The position numbers were made by a program, and so were the translations under genes. This document shows positions 1 to 7,397 of a DNA stretch of 64,000 nt, one piece after another. The notes below the pieces were generated by a model, which did no database searches, was not told the DNA's origin, and was given only the letters and a program-made list of their open reading frames with translations. The DNA lies in NCBI GenBank assembly GCA_001029715.1, contig CP011212.1, positions 398,936-462,935 of the forward strand, given 5' to 3'. This DNA comes from a candidate division TM6 bacterium GW2011_GWF2_28_16 (GTDB taxonomy: Bacteria; Patescibacteriota; Microgenomatia; UBA1400; PJMF01). Position 1 is the first letter of the stretch. Each line of letters starts with the position of its first letter.

Positions 1-381
1 TTTAACCTTGTATTTAGCCTTATAAATATCATCATTTTTTTGACAAATACGCCAAAATTCCTGAGCCGCTACAATATGTTTTTGATCAGTGGTACGGATA
101 AAGTGGCTAAAAGACAGGTTGAGTAACTTTTCAAGATCTGTAAATTTACTAGCCCACTGATCACAATATTCTTGCACATCCATTTTTTGTTCCAAAGCTT
201 TTTGCCAGATCTTTTGACCATGTTCATCGGTACCAGTATTAAAAACTACCTCGTTGCCAAGAATTTCTTTTTGATAGCGAGCGATGACATCAGCCTCAAT
301 AATTTCCAAAGCAAAGCCAATGTGAGGCGCAGCGTTAACGTAAGGTAAAGTGGTAGTAATATAGAATTTCTTGTATTGCAT
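1..381 (-). CDS. metG: Methionyl-tRNA synthetase, N-terminal fragment (gene continues beyond window start)
   Basis: Reverse-strand translation from ATG at 381 reads MQYKKFYITTTLPYVNAAPHIGFALEIIEADVIARYQK...NTGTDEHGQKI, matching the class I HIGH motif region and the TGTDEHGQKI motif typical of MetRS. Missing from the ORF track because it is truncated by the window edge. Confidence 0.6.
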   Translation of the reverse strand, partial: MQYKKFYITTTLPYVNAAPHIGFALEIIEADVIARYQKEILGNEVVFNTGTDEHGQKIWQKALEQKMDVQEYCDQWASKFTDLEKLLNLSFSHFIRTTDQKHIVAAQEFWRICQKNDDIYKAKYKVK

Positions 382-422
382 CGGGTCTATTATAGAAAAG
401 TCGAGGCAGAAAAGCCAGAGTT

Positions 423-830
423 CTATTTTTTTATTAGTTTTTTAACTTTTTCAAAGAAAGTTAAGCAAACTAAAGCTGAAGTAATTAGAAGAATAGTCAA
501 AAAACTTAGTAGATCAAAACTGATATTAACTATTTTAAAATAGAGCATTAGGTTGATAAAAAAGGCAATAATTAATCCAAGGTTTTTATTAAGCAATAGA
601 AAAGTAAAAAGAAAAAAGTTGGCAATGAAAGTTAGTAAAAAGAAAGGCAAATAACTATTTTTAAATATAAAATTTTGAATTTGACTTGGATAAATTTTAC
701 TAATCAGTAAGTAGAGTAAAAAATAAGCAATTAGGGCGATAAATAGACTCAAAATATAGTGAAGATGTTTCTTAAAAAAAAAATCCTTTTTAGGTTTAAG
801 TCTGGATCGCGCTTGGTTCTTTTCCATCAT
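423..830 (-). CDS. Hypothetical multi-pass membrane protein (135 aa)
   Basis: ORF track; three or four long hydrophobic segments and a basic N-terminus. No recognisable motif. Confidence 0.45.
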   Translation of the reverse strand: MMEKNQARSRLKPKKDFFFKKHLHYILSLFIALIAYFLLYLLISKIYPSQIQNFIFKNSYLPFFLLTFIANFFLFTFLLLNKNLGLIIAFFINLMLYFKIVNISFDLLSFLTILLITSALVCLTFFEKVKKLIKK

Positions 831-852
831 TTTAGTATACTAAAATTTATAT

Positions 853-1992
853 ATGAGTAACACTACCCTTCTAATATTATGTTTGTTTTTGATTTCAATT
901 TTAGCGACTTTTTATTTTTTGCTAAAAAAACTTTTGTCAGAAAAAAATTCAGAGCAATCTAGTGAACAACTGGAAGATATGGTTCACAAAGTTTTTGGCA
1001 TGGCTTCTAATGAAATTGCTATTCAAAGTAAAGGTATCCTGCAAGGTGAGAAAGATTTAATCAAGAATGATCTCTCTAATAAACAAGCTGCGATTGAAAA
1101 GATGATAAAAGATTTACGTCAAGAAATGGGTGACCAACAAAGAGAAATTCGTGCTATTGAAAAAGATCAGATTGATAAAATTAGTGGAGTTAAAACAGCT
1201 GTTGAAGAGCATCGCCAATTAACCAAGGAACTAAAAATTTCTACAGAGCAACTGGCCAAAGTTTTATCCAATAATCAGACTCGTGGAGCCTGGGGTGAAC
1301 GCATTATTGAAGATTTGTTGCAGGCCAATGGCTTGCAAGAAGGCATTCATTATCTACGTCAAGCTAAATTGGGCGCTTCAGAAATGAAGCCAGATATTAC
1401 CCTGCTTTTACCAGACCATCGCAACGTGGCAGTTGACGTTAAATTCCCGTATCAAGAAGTTCAAAAGATGTCGATGACTGAGGATCAGAGTGAAAAACAA
1501 AGTCATGTTTTGCAATTTAAAAGAGATCTTAAAATTAAAGTAGACAAAGTAGCTACCTATATTTCTCCAGAAAACGATACTTTAGATTACGCAATTATGT
1601 TTGTGCCAAATGAAGCTCTGTTTTCCTTTATCAATCAAAAGTTCCCAGACGTTATTGATGAGGCTTTAGCTAAAAAAGTAATTATTTGTTCGCCTTTTAG
1701 TTTCTTAATTGTGGCTCGCACAGTGATGGAAAGTTATCGTAACTTTATGGTGGGTAAAAAAATCAAACAAGTTATCAAACACATTGATGCTTTTGCAGGA
1801 GAATGGTTAAAATTTGACGATGAATTTTCTAAGTTTGGACGTAGTATCGAAACTTTGCAAAAAAACTACGAAACTCTTTCAACCACGAGGAAAAGACAGA
1901 TGGAAAAGAAGATTCAAAAGATTGAACAGTATCGCGGTAGTTCAGTAGAATTATTGGAAGATGGTGAAAAAGTTAAACTTCTAGAAGATTAA
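853..1992 (+). CDS. rmuC: DNA recombination protein RmuC
   Basis: 379 aa with an N-terminal TM and a long coiled-coil, then the RmuC-type core (RGAWGERIIEDLL, ...VDVKFPYQ..., MFVPNEALF). Confidence 0.7.
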   Translation: MSNTTLLILCLFLISILATFYFLLKKLLSEKNSEQSSEQLEDMVHKVFGMASNEIAIQSKGILQGEKDLIKNDLSNKQAAIEKMIKDLRQEMGDQQREIRAIEKDQIDKISGVKTAVEEHRQLTKELKISTEQLAKVLSNNQTRGAWGERIIEDLLQANGLQEGIHYLRQAKLGASEMKPDITLLLPDHRNVAVDVKFPYQEVQKMSMTEDQSEKQSHVLQFKRDLKIKVDKVATYISPENDTLDYAIMFVPNEALFSFINQKFPDVIDEALAKKVIICSPFSFLIVARTVMESYRNFMVGKKIKQVIKHIDAFAGEWLKFDDEFSKFGRSIETLQKNYETLSTTRKRQMEKKIQKIEQYRGSSVELLEDGEKVKLLED

Positions 1993-3128
1993 TCGTTTAA
2001 ATATTTTTCAAAAAAGCTAAGATCTTTTTGGACAGCTTGATTCCAATTGGGTTGTAAATTGTGATTAGCGCCTGGATATTTGTAGAAGTCAATATTTATT
2101 ACTTCCTTTTTTACTTCTTCCGCACTTTGACTGGCATCTGCGTTTTGAGCGCTAGTTGTAGCTCTCAATTCATTTTCTAAATCTACTTTAGCCAAAAATT
2201 CTTCTGTCCAAGAAATTAAGGCTGAGTCATCAGCAGTGCCATGTTGGATTTGAATCGGTCCATTTAATTTGTCTAAATGTTTGGTCAGCGAAAAATCAAA
2301 AACATCGTAATCATCCTCAAAAAGTGAAACATATTTACGAGTCTCTTTACCCTCATCTCCATATTCGTCACTGAAATAAAGAATTGAATATGGGAAAGGC
2401 ACCAGAACTGGTGCCCAAAGAGTAGTAGGCAGATTGCTACCAAGAACTTCTAGAGTAGAGATTGCAATTTGTCCACCATTACTATGTCCCCAAATGCCGA
2501 TTTGACTTGTATCAACGCTAACTTTTTTAATTGTTAGTTCAGTAATTTGACTAAGATCTATTTCTGGAAATGTTTGAATTGTTTTAATGAGATCAACTGC
2601 ATTGACGACTTTAATAAATCTAGCTTCCCAAGTATCAGTTGGCTCGGGATCACTTTCACCAAAGCCAAGAAAATCTGGAGCTAAAGTGAGGTAGTCGTTT
2701 TCTGCAAAGACAGCAGCAACATTTTTAGTACCTTCTCCAGAGTAATATGTTTCTAGAGGAACATAACCTCTAATCATTATTATGGTTGGTTTTTTTGTGT
2801 TCTCATTATCTATTTTCAAATTAAGTGCACCGGAAATTTTTTTACCCTGACTTTGATAAGTAAAAAGTAGGGCATATGTTTGCGTGTCCAAATCTTTAGA
2901 GATAATTTTTTCAATTCTGATTGGTGATGATACTTTAAATTCTTGTTTGCTTAAATTTTCAAAAGAATATTTAAGCAGTGGCAATGGTTTTTCTGTTTTT
3001 ATTTGTTTAACAATACTTTTTGCCAGAGGAGTTGATTCATTTTTTAAATAAAAATAAGCGATTAAAAAAGAAAGACAGCTACTTATTATCAATAGTAAAC
3101 ATATGAAGATTATTTTTTTTGTTTTCAC
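1989..3128 (-). CDS. Membrane-anchored alpha/beta-hydrolase (S9 peptidase / dienelactone hydrolase-like)
   Basis: N-terminal TM helix; nucleophile elbow GHSNGG (GxSxG) with downstream acidic and His residues (HGTADD). 4-nt convergent overlap with rmuC. Confidence 0.6.
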   Translation of the reverse strand: MKTKKIIFICLLLIISSCLSFLIAYFYLKNESTPLAKSIVKQIKTEKPLPLLKYSFENLSKQEFKVSSPIRIEKIISKDLDTQTYALLFTYQSQGKKISGALNLKIDNENTKKPTIIMIRGYVPLETYYSGEGTKNVAAVFAENDYLTLAPDFLGFGESDPEPTDTWEARFIKVVNAVDLIKTIQTFPEIDLSQITELTIKKVSVDTSQIGIWGHSNGGQIAISTLEVLGSNLPTTLWAPVLVPFPYSILYFSDEYGDEGKETRKYVSLFEDDYDVFDFSLTKHLDKLNGPIQIQHGTADDSALISWTEEFLAKVDLENELRATTSAQNADASQSAEEVKKEVINIDFYKYPGANHNLQPNWNQAVQKDLSFFEKYLND

Positions 3129-3312
3129 TCAGCAAATTATAGCAGTCTTGCTAACTTTTCTTCAAAATTGATGCTTGCTAAAATACCAGATCATATTTAA
3201 AATCTTTCAACATGTCGTTAATTACAAATTACTCCCATTTTTTCTTGGTCATTTTGCGCAAGAACGTTGCGGGGTAATCTTGTTGCATTAAAACAGATAA
3301 AAAACAAGAACA

Positions 3313-3342
3313 AGCCCCGCCTTAAGAAGCGGGTTTTTTTGT
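3313..3342 (+). terminator. Intrinsic terminator-like hairpin (cccgc-ttaagaa-gcggg + U7), part of an attenuator-like element
   Basis: Seen directly: gccccgccttaagaagcgggttttttt. The upstream segment gcgggg...(cttgtt..aacaag)...ccccgc can form a mutually exclusive alternative helix. Confidence 0.4.
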
Positions 3343-3476
3343 ATTTTTGATCTTTAACATTAACTAAGGGCTACTTTAGTCTTCAATTATTTGAAAGTTA
3401 AGGTAACCCTTTGTGGCTAGAGCAAATCAGCGCTCTAGTTTCGAAGGGAAAATTTTTCATGGTGGAGGAGAAAACA

Positions 3477-3590
3477 ATGGCAATAGGCAAGGGTAAGCAA
3501 AAAAAGTCTTCCGAACATTTGCCGAGATGCCCCCTTTGTGGGGGAAAACACAGGGCAAAATATTGTCCAAGAAAGCAAAAACCCTCTTAA
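3477..3590 (+). CDS. Small basic zinc-knuckle-like peptide (37 aa), unannotated micro-gene
   Basis: Near-consensus SD GGAGGAG sits 6 nt upstream of the ATG. Product MAIGKGKQKKSSEHLPRCPLCGGKHRAKYCPRKQKPS carries C-x2-C-x3-H-x4-C. A tandem hairpin terminator follows. Below the ORF-track length cutoff. Confidence 0.45.
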   Translation: MAIGKGKQKKSSEHLPRCPLCGGKHRAKYCPRKQKPS

Positions 3591-3595
3591 CCAAA

Positions 3596-3692
3596 GCCTC
3601 CGGTCCAGTAATGGACCGGAGGCAACAACATTTATTTTGACCAGGATCCTTAATTTTTAAATATTTGAAATTTAAGAATCCTCGTTTTTTTT
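3596..3692 (+). terminator. Tandem terminator: perfect 12-bp GNRA-capped hairpin, then a second hairpin with a U8 tract
   Basis: First hairpin: gcctccggtcca-GUAA-tggaccggaggc. Second: aggatccttaa...ttaagaatcct (one mismatch) followed by tttttttt. Confidence 0.6.
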
Positions 3693-3754
3693 CTAGAGCT
3701 AGCGCAAAGCGCGCCAATCTTTGGAAAGAGGAAATCTTTTTGGGAGGGTCGTCG

Positions 3755-3811
3755 ATGAAGAAAGATAAGAAGAAGAAAAAAGGACATCGTAATAAAAAAG
3801 GCAACAAGTAG
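3755..3811 (+). CDS. 18-aa Lys-rich micro-ORF (MKKDKKKKKGHRNKKGNK); speculative
   Basis: SD-like GGGAGGG 6 nt upstream of the ATG. Followed by a perfect GC-rich hairpin ggtggcgcc-atttattt-ggcgccacc (3842-3867) with no U-tract. Confidence 0.2.
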   Translation: MKKDKKKKKGHRNKKGNK

Positions 3812-3934
3812 TCGCCTTTAGGTGTCCAACCCTCAATCTTTGGTGGCGCCATTTATTTGGCGCCACCAAAATCTTTCCCTTCCTATATTATCTAAAACCT
3901 CTTTTTCAAATTTCGGTTATAATAACTCTTACCT

Positions 3935-5356
3935 ATGCAAAGAACTCTCGTTATTGATTCCTTAGAAAAAGTTGGTCAAACTGTTCGCCTCTGTGGTTGG
4001 GTGGATAGCAAGCGTGATCACGGTAAAGTTACTTTCATTGATTTAAGAGATCGTACTGGCAAGATCCAGGCCGTTGGTATTGGTGGCAAATTGAGTGAGT
4101 TAAGCAATGAGTCAGTTGTTGAAATCACTGGACCAATCAATACTCGTGGCGAAAAAATGGTCAACCCAAATTTGCCAACTGGCTCCATAGAGATTTTTGT
4201 TGAAGATTATAAGGTTCTCAATAAGGCAGCTGAGCTACCAATTCTTGTGGAAGGTGATGGTCGTGATGTTAATGAAGAGATGCGTCTTAAGTATCGCTAT
4301 TTAGATTTGCGTCGTGAGAGAATGCAAAAAATTGTGCGCTTGCGCTCTAAATTTTATCAAGCTCTTCGTGAGCAATTAGAGAAAAAAGATTTTACCGAAG
4401 TTGAAACTCCAATGTTGACCAAATCAACTAAGGAAGGAGCTCGTGATTTCATCGTGCCTTCTCGTTTTAATCCTGGTAAATTTTATGCTCTTCCGCAAAG
4501 TCCTCAACAATATAAACAATTATTGATGACGGCTGGTGTTGAGAATTATTATCAATTTGCTCGTTGTATTCGCGATGAAGATTTACGTGCTGATCGCGGT
4601 TTTGAATTTACTCAGCTTGATCTCGAAATGAGTTTTGTGACTCAACAAGAAGTAATGGATAATGTCGAAGAAATTGTCAAAAATGCTGTCAAAAAAGTTG
4701 GCGCCAAACTCAAAGATGAAGTTTTTCCAGTTATTCCTTACAAAGAAGCAATTGAAAAATATGGTGCCGATAAATTTGATTTGCGCAGTGAGGAAGAAAA
4801 AAAAGAAAATGTTTTAGCTTTTGCTTGGGTGGTTAGTTTCCCATTCTTTAAAAAAGTTGATAAAAAAGACATTGCTGAAGTGCGCGATGGTAAGAGTGGT
4901 TGGACTTTCACTCATAATCCTTTTTCGAGTCCAATTCCAGAATCTATGGAAGATCATAAGAATGCTGAAAATATCGAAAATATTATTACCGCTCAGTATG
5001 ACTTGGTCTGTAATGGTTACGAAGCAGGTGGCGGCAGTATTAGAGCTCATGATCCAGAAGTTCTTAAAAAGACCTTTGAAATCATGGGTTATAGTGATCA
5101 GGAGATTGAAGCCAGTGTGGGCCATATGTTGGAAGCTTTTAAATTGGGCACTCCTCCCCATGGTGGAATTGCTTTAGGACTAGATCGCTTAGTAATGCTT
5201 TTGGCAGGAGAGAATTCACTCAAAGAAACCATTGCTTTCCCAATGAGTTCTTCTGGCAAGACCTCTATCATGGACGCACCAAGCGAAGTTTCTGATGAAC
5301 AACTCAAAGAGTTAGGTATTCTAATCGCTCCTAATTTAGCTACAATGAAAAAGTGA
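3935..5356 (+). CDS. aspS: Aspartyl-tRNA synthetase (short, archaeal/non-discriminating-type, 473 aa)
   Basis: Class II aaRS motifs present: QSPQQYKQLLM, FEFTQLDLEMSF, GGGSIRAHDPE, GTPPHGGIALGLDRLVMLL. N-terminal OB-fold anticodon-binding domain. Confidence 0.9.
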   Translation: MQRTLVIDSLEKVGQTVRLCGWVDSKRDHGKVTFIDLRDRTGKIQAVGIGGKLSELSNESVVEITGPINTRGEKMVNPNLPTGSIEIFVEDYKVLNKAAELPILVEGDGRDVNEEMRLKYRYLDLRRERMQKIVRLRSKFYQALREQLEKKDFTEVETPMLTKSTKEGARDFIVPSRFNPGKFYALPQSPQQYKQLLMTAGVENYYQFARCIRDEDLRADRGFEFTQLDLEMSFVTQQEVMDNVEEIVKNAVKKVGAKLKDEVFPVIPYKEAIEKYGADKFDLRSEEEKKENVLAFAWVVSFPFFKKVDKKDIAEVRDGKSGWTFTHNPFSSPIPESMEDHKNAENIENIITAQYDLVCNGYEAGGGSIRAHDPEVLKKTFEIMGYSDQEIEASVGHMLEAFKLGTPPHGGIALGLDRLVMLLAGENSLKETIAFPMSSSGKTSIMDAPSEVSDEQLKELGILIAPNLATMKK

Positions 5357-6252
5357 GAAAATCATCTCTGCTTTTATTGCTACTATTTTTTCTTTCTTTG
5401 CTTAGCTTAGTCTATTTTTATTTTTTTTATCCACAAAAAATAGTTAAAAAAGTTGAATTAGAACTTTTTAGTTTAGAAAATGTACCAGTACTTAGAAATA
5501 AAAGTTTTTTTAATGACGATCTTAATCTAAGTGCTATTTCCGCTTATGCACTAGATTTATCGTCAATGACAGTACTTTATGAAAAAAATAGCCAACAAGT
5601 TCTTTATCCAGCCTCAACGAGTAAAATGATGACCGCTTTGGTTGCTTTAGACACTTTTAATTTAGAAGATGAATTAATGGTTGCTAAAGAGGCCACTGTA
5701 TCTGGCAATAAATTAAGTCTTAAAGAAGGCCAGCTAATTAGGGTTAAAGATTTATTGGCAGCAATGTTGATTTTTTCTGCTAATGATAGCGCTTATGTTT
5801 TAGCGGATAGAGATCCTGAAGGTTTTAGTGGCTTTATAGCTAAAATGAACCAAAAAGCCTCTAGCTTGGGTTTATCAGAAACTCACTTTGTTAATCCAGC
5901 TGGACTTGATGAAGCAGGACAGGATGCTACGGCCAGGGATTTAACAGTCATTGCTCAAGAATTACTCAAAAACAAGCAGCTTAAAGAGCTGGTTGCGATG
6001 CCTTACAAAAAAATAGAAGGAGAAGGTTGGTCTTATGATTTGTATAATAGCAACCAGCTGCTTGGTCAAATTCAAGGCATTTTAGGAGTTAAAACTGGTA
6101 CGACTGAGCTAGCGGGTGAAGTTTTAGTAACGTTAATAGAGAGAGATGGTCATCAAATCTTGATTACTTTAATGAATAGTCAGGATCGTTATCAAGATAC
6201 AAGTAGGTTAATAGCGTGGATACTTAATAATTACGAGTGGAAAAAACTCTAA
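5353..6252 (+). CDS. D-alanyl-D-alanine carboxypeptidase (S11, PBP5/6-like)
   Basis: Signal/TM, then SxxK (STSK), SxN (SAND) and KTG (KTGTT) motifs. GTG start overlaps the aspS stop by 4 nt. Confidence 0.8.
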   Translation: MRKSSLLLLLLFFLSLLSLVYFYFFYPQKIVKKVELELFSLENVPVLRNKSFFNDDLNLSAISAYALDLSSMTVLYEKNSQQVLYPASTSKMMTALVALDTFNLEDELMVAKEATVSGNKLSLKEGQLIRVKDLLAAMLIFSANDSAYVLADRDPEGFSGFIAKMNQKASSLGLSETHFVNPAGLDEAGQDATARDLTVIAQELLKNKQLKELVAMPYKKIEGEGWSYDLYNSNQLLGQIQGILGVKTGTTELAGEVLVTLIERDGHQILITLMNSQDRYQDTSRLIAWILNNYEWKKL

Positions 6253-6273
6253 GAAACCAGTTAGAATAAGCTT

Positions 6274-7368
6274 ATGTCTACTTCAAATTCTGGAAGTTCT
6301 GGTCCTAATCTGACTAATATTAATTATGCCGGTCGTTTACTTGTTAAATATGGCATCGCTTTTTTAATTTTTTTAATGGTCGGTCGAGTTTTATTAAATG
6401 CTTTTGTTAATTATTGGAAAGCAACTCATCCAGATCCACCGCCAGCCCCAACAGTTGGCTTTGGAACTTTGCCTAATCCAGCTTTTCCTGTTCAAACAGA
6501 AGAGGATAAGCCACAGTCTTATAGTCTAGAAATGGTTTATGGTGTTCAAGAAATTACCGATAGAAGCAAGGTCTTTCTAGTTACAAAGTCTGTTGCAAGT
6601 TTACTTTCCGACTCTCAGATCAAGTCGATGGCTGCTAACTATGGTTTTATTTTTACGCCAGAAATAATTGATGGAAAGATTTACCGTTTTACCAAAAACA
6701 CACCTCTAGATATGAGTTTAGAAATCAGTTCAGTAGATTTTACTTTTGAAATGAAAAGCAATTTCTTATCAAGGCCAGACTTGTTGAGTAATGAGTCTAA
6801 ATTGCCAGAAGAATTTGAAGCAGTTGCCCGAGTTAAGAAATTTATTGAATCAGCTGACTTAATGGGTAGCGATGTTGCCACTGCTTCTGGTCAAGTAACT
6901 TTTCTTAAATCAATTGGCGGTGAATTAAAAACAGCCTTTTCTCTTTCTGAAGCTGACTTTTTACAAGTTGATATAAATCGTAACCCAATTGACCAGCTTT
7001 ATAATGTTTATACCGATGAGGGTAAAAAAGGAATCATTTCAGCCAAGCTTAGTTCTGCCTTTACCTCCAACAATTCAATTGTAGAAATGGATTATCATTA
7101 TCGACAAGTTGACTATCTTAATTTTGAAACCTATCCATTGAGGACTGCTAAGTCAGCCTGGAATTTAGTTCAGGCAGGCGATGCTTATGTAATTAATGGC
7201 AAGGGTATTAAAGATGTTATTGTTAGAGAGCTTGAATTGGCTTATTACGATAGTTTTGATGAGCAGAAATATTTACAGCCAATCTATGTATTTAAGGGAG
7301 ATAATGATTTTATGGCTTTTGTTCCAGCAGTTAGTGCTAATTATTTAAATAGGTCTCAAACTGAATAA
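6274..7368 (+). CDS. Hypothetical N-terminally anchored extracytoplasmic protein (364 aa)
   Basis: ORF track; single N-terminal TM followed by a Pro-rich linker (PDPPPAPT). No recognisable catalytic motif. Confidence 0.5.
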   Translation: MSTSNSGSSGPNLTNINYAGRLLVKYGIAFLIFLMVGRVLLNAFVNYWKATHPDPPPAPTVGFGTLPNPAFPVQTEEDKPQSYSLEMVYGVQEITDRSKVFLVTKSVASLLSDSQIKSMAANYGFIFTPEIIDGKIYRFTKNTPLDMSLEISSVDFTFEMKSNFLSRPDLLSNESKLPEEFEAVARVKKFIESADLMGSDVATASGQVTFLKSIGGELKTAFSLSEADFLQVDINRNPIDQLYNVYTDEGKKGIISAKLSSAFTSNNSIVEMDYHYRQVDYLNFETYPLRTAKSAWNLVQAGDAYVINGKGIKDVIVRELELAYYDSFDEQKYLQPIYVFKGDNDFMAFVPAVSANYLNRSQTE

Positions 7369-7397
7369 GAAATTAAAGTGATAGAATAACGATCAAT

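Noticed and set aside
3457-3852. 131-aa minus-strand ORF from the six-frame track
   Set aside because: Low-complexity translation (FFFF, PPP, CCC runs). It lies antisense to the RBS-driven micro-ORFs and the perfect hairpins, and shows no RBS or motif. It is most likely an artefact of the GC-richer structured spacer.
3400-3934. Possibility that the long spacer encodes RNase P RNA, tmRNA, SRP RNA or a T-box leader for aspS
   Set aside because: I looked for RNase P P4 strands (AGGAAAGUCC / ACAGAANCCGGCUUA), the SRP domain IV motif, a tmRNA tag ORF ending ALAA, and the T-box 14-mer AGGGUGGNACCGCG. Only a loose resemblance was found (UGGUGGCGCC), and it sits inside a perfect hairpin without a U-tract. 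None is supported.
4814-5307. Internal and antisense ORFs within aspS (4814..5161-, 4821..5177+, 5098..5307-), and similar shadow ORFs elsewhere
   Set aside because: Each is nested in, or antisense to, a confidently identified conserved gene and shows no motifs or RBS. They were treated as frame shadows. The other examples are inside the ATPase at 14405-16111, dnaX at 10566-11270, recJ at 32468-33844, ugd at 56912-57634, rmlD at 59076-59450 and the flippase at 63087-63461.
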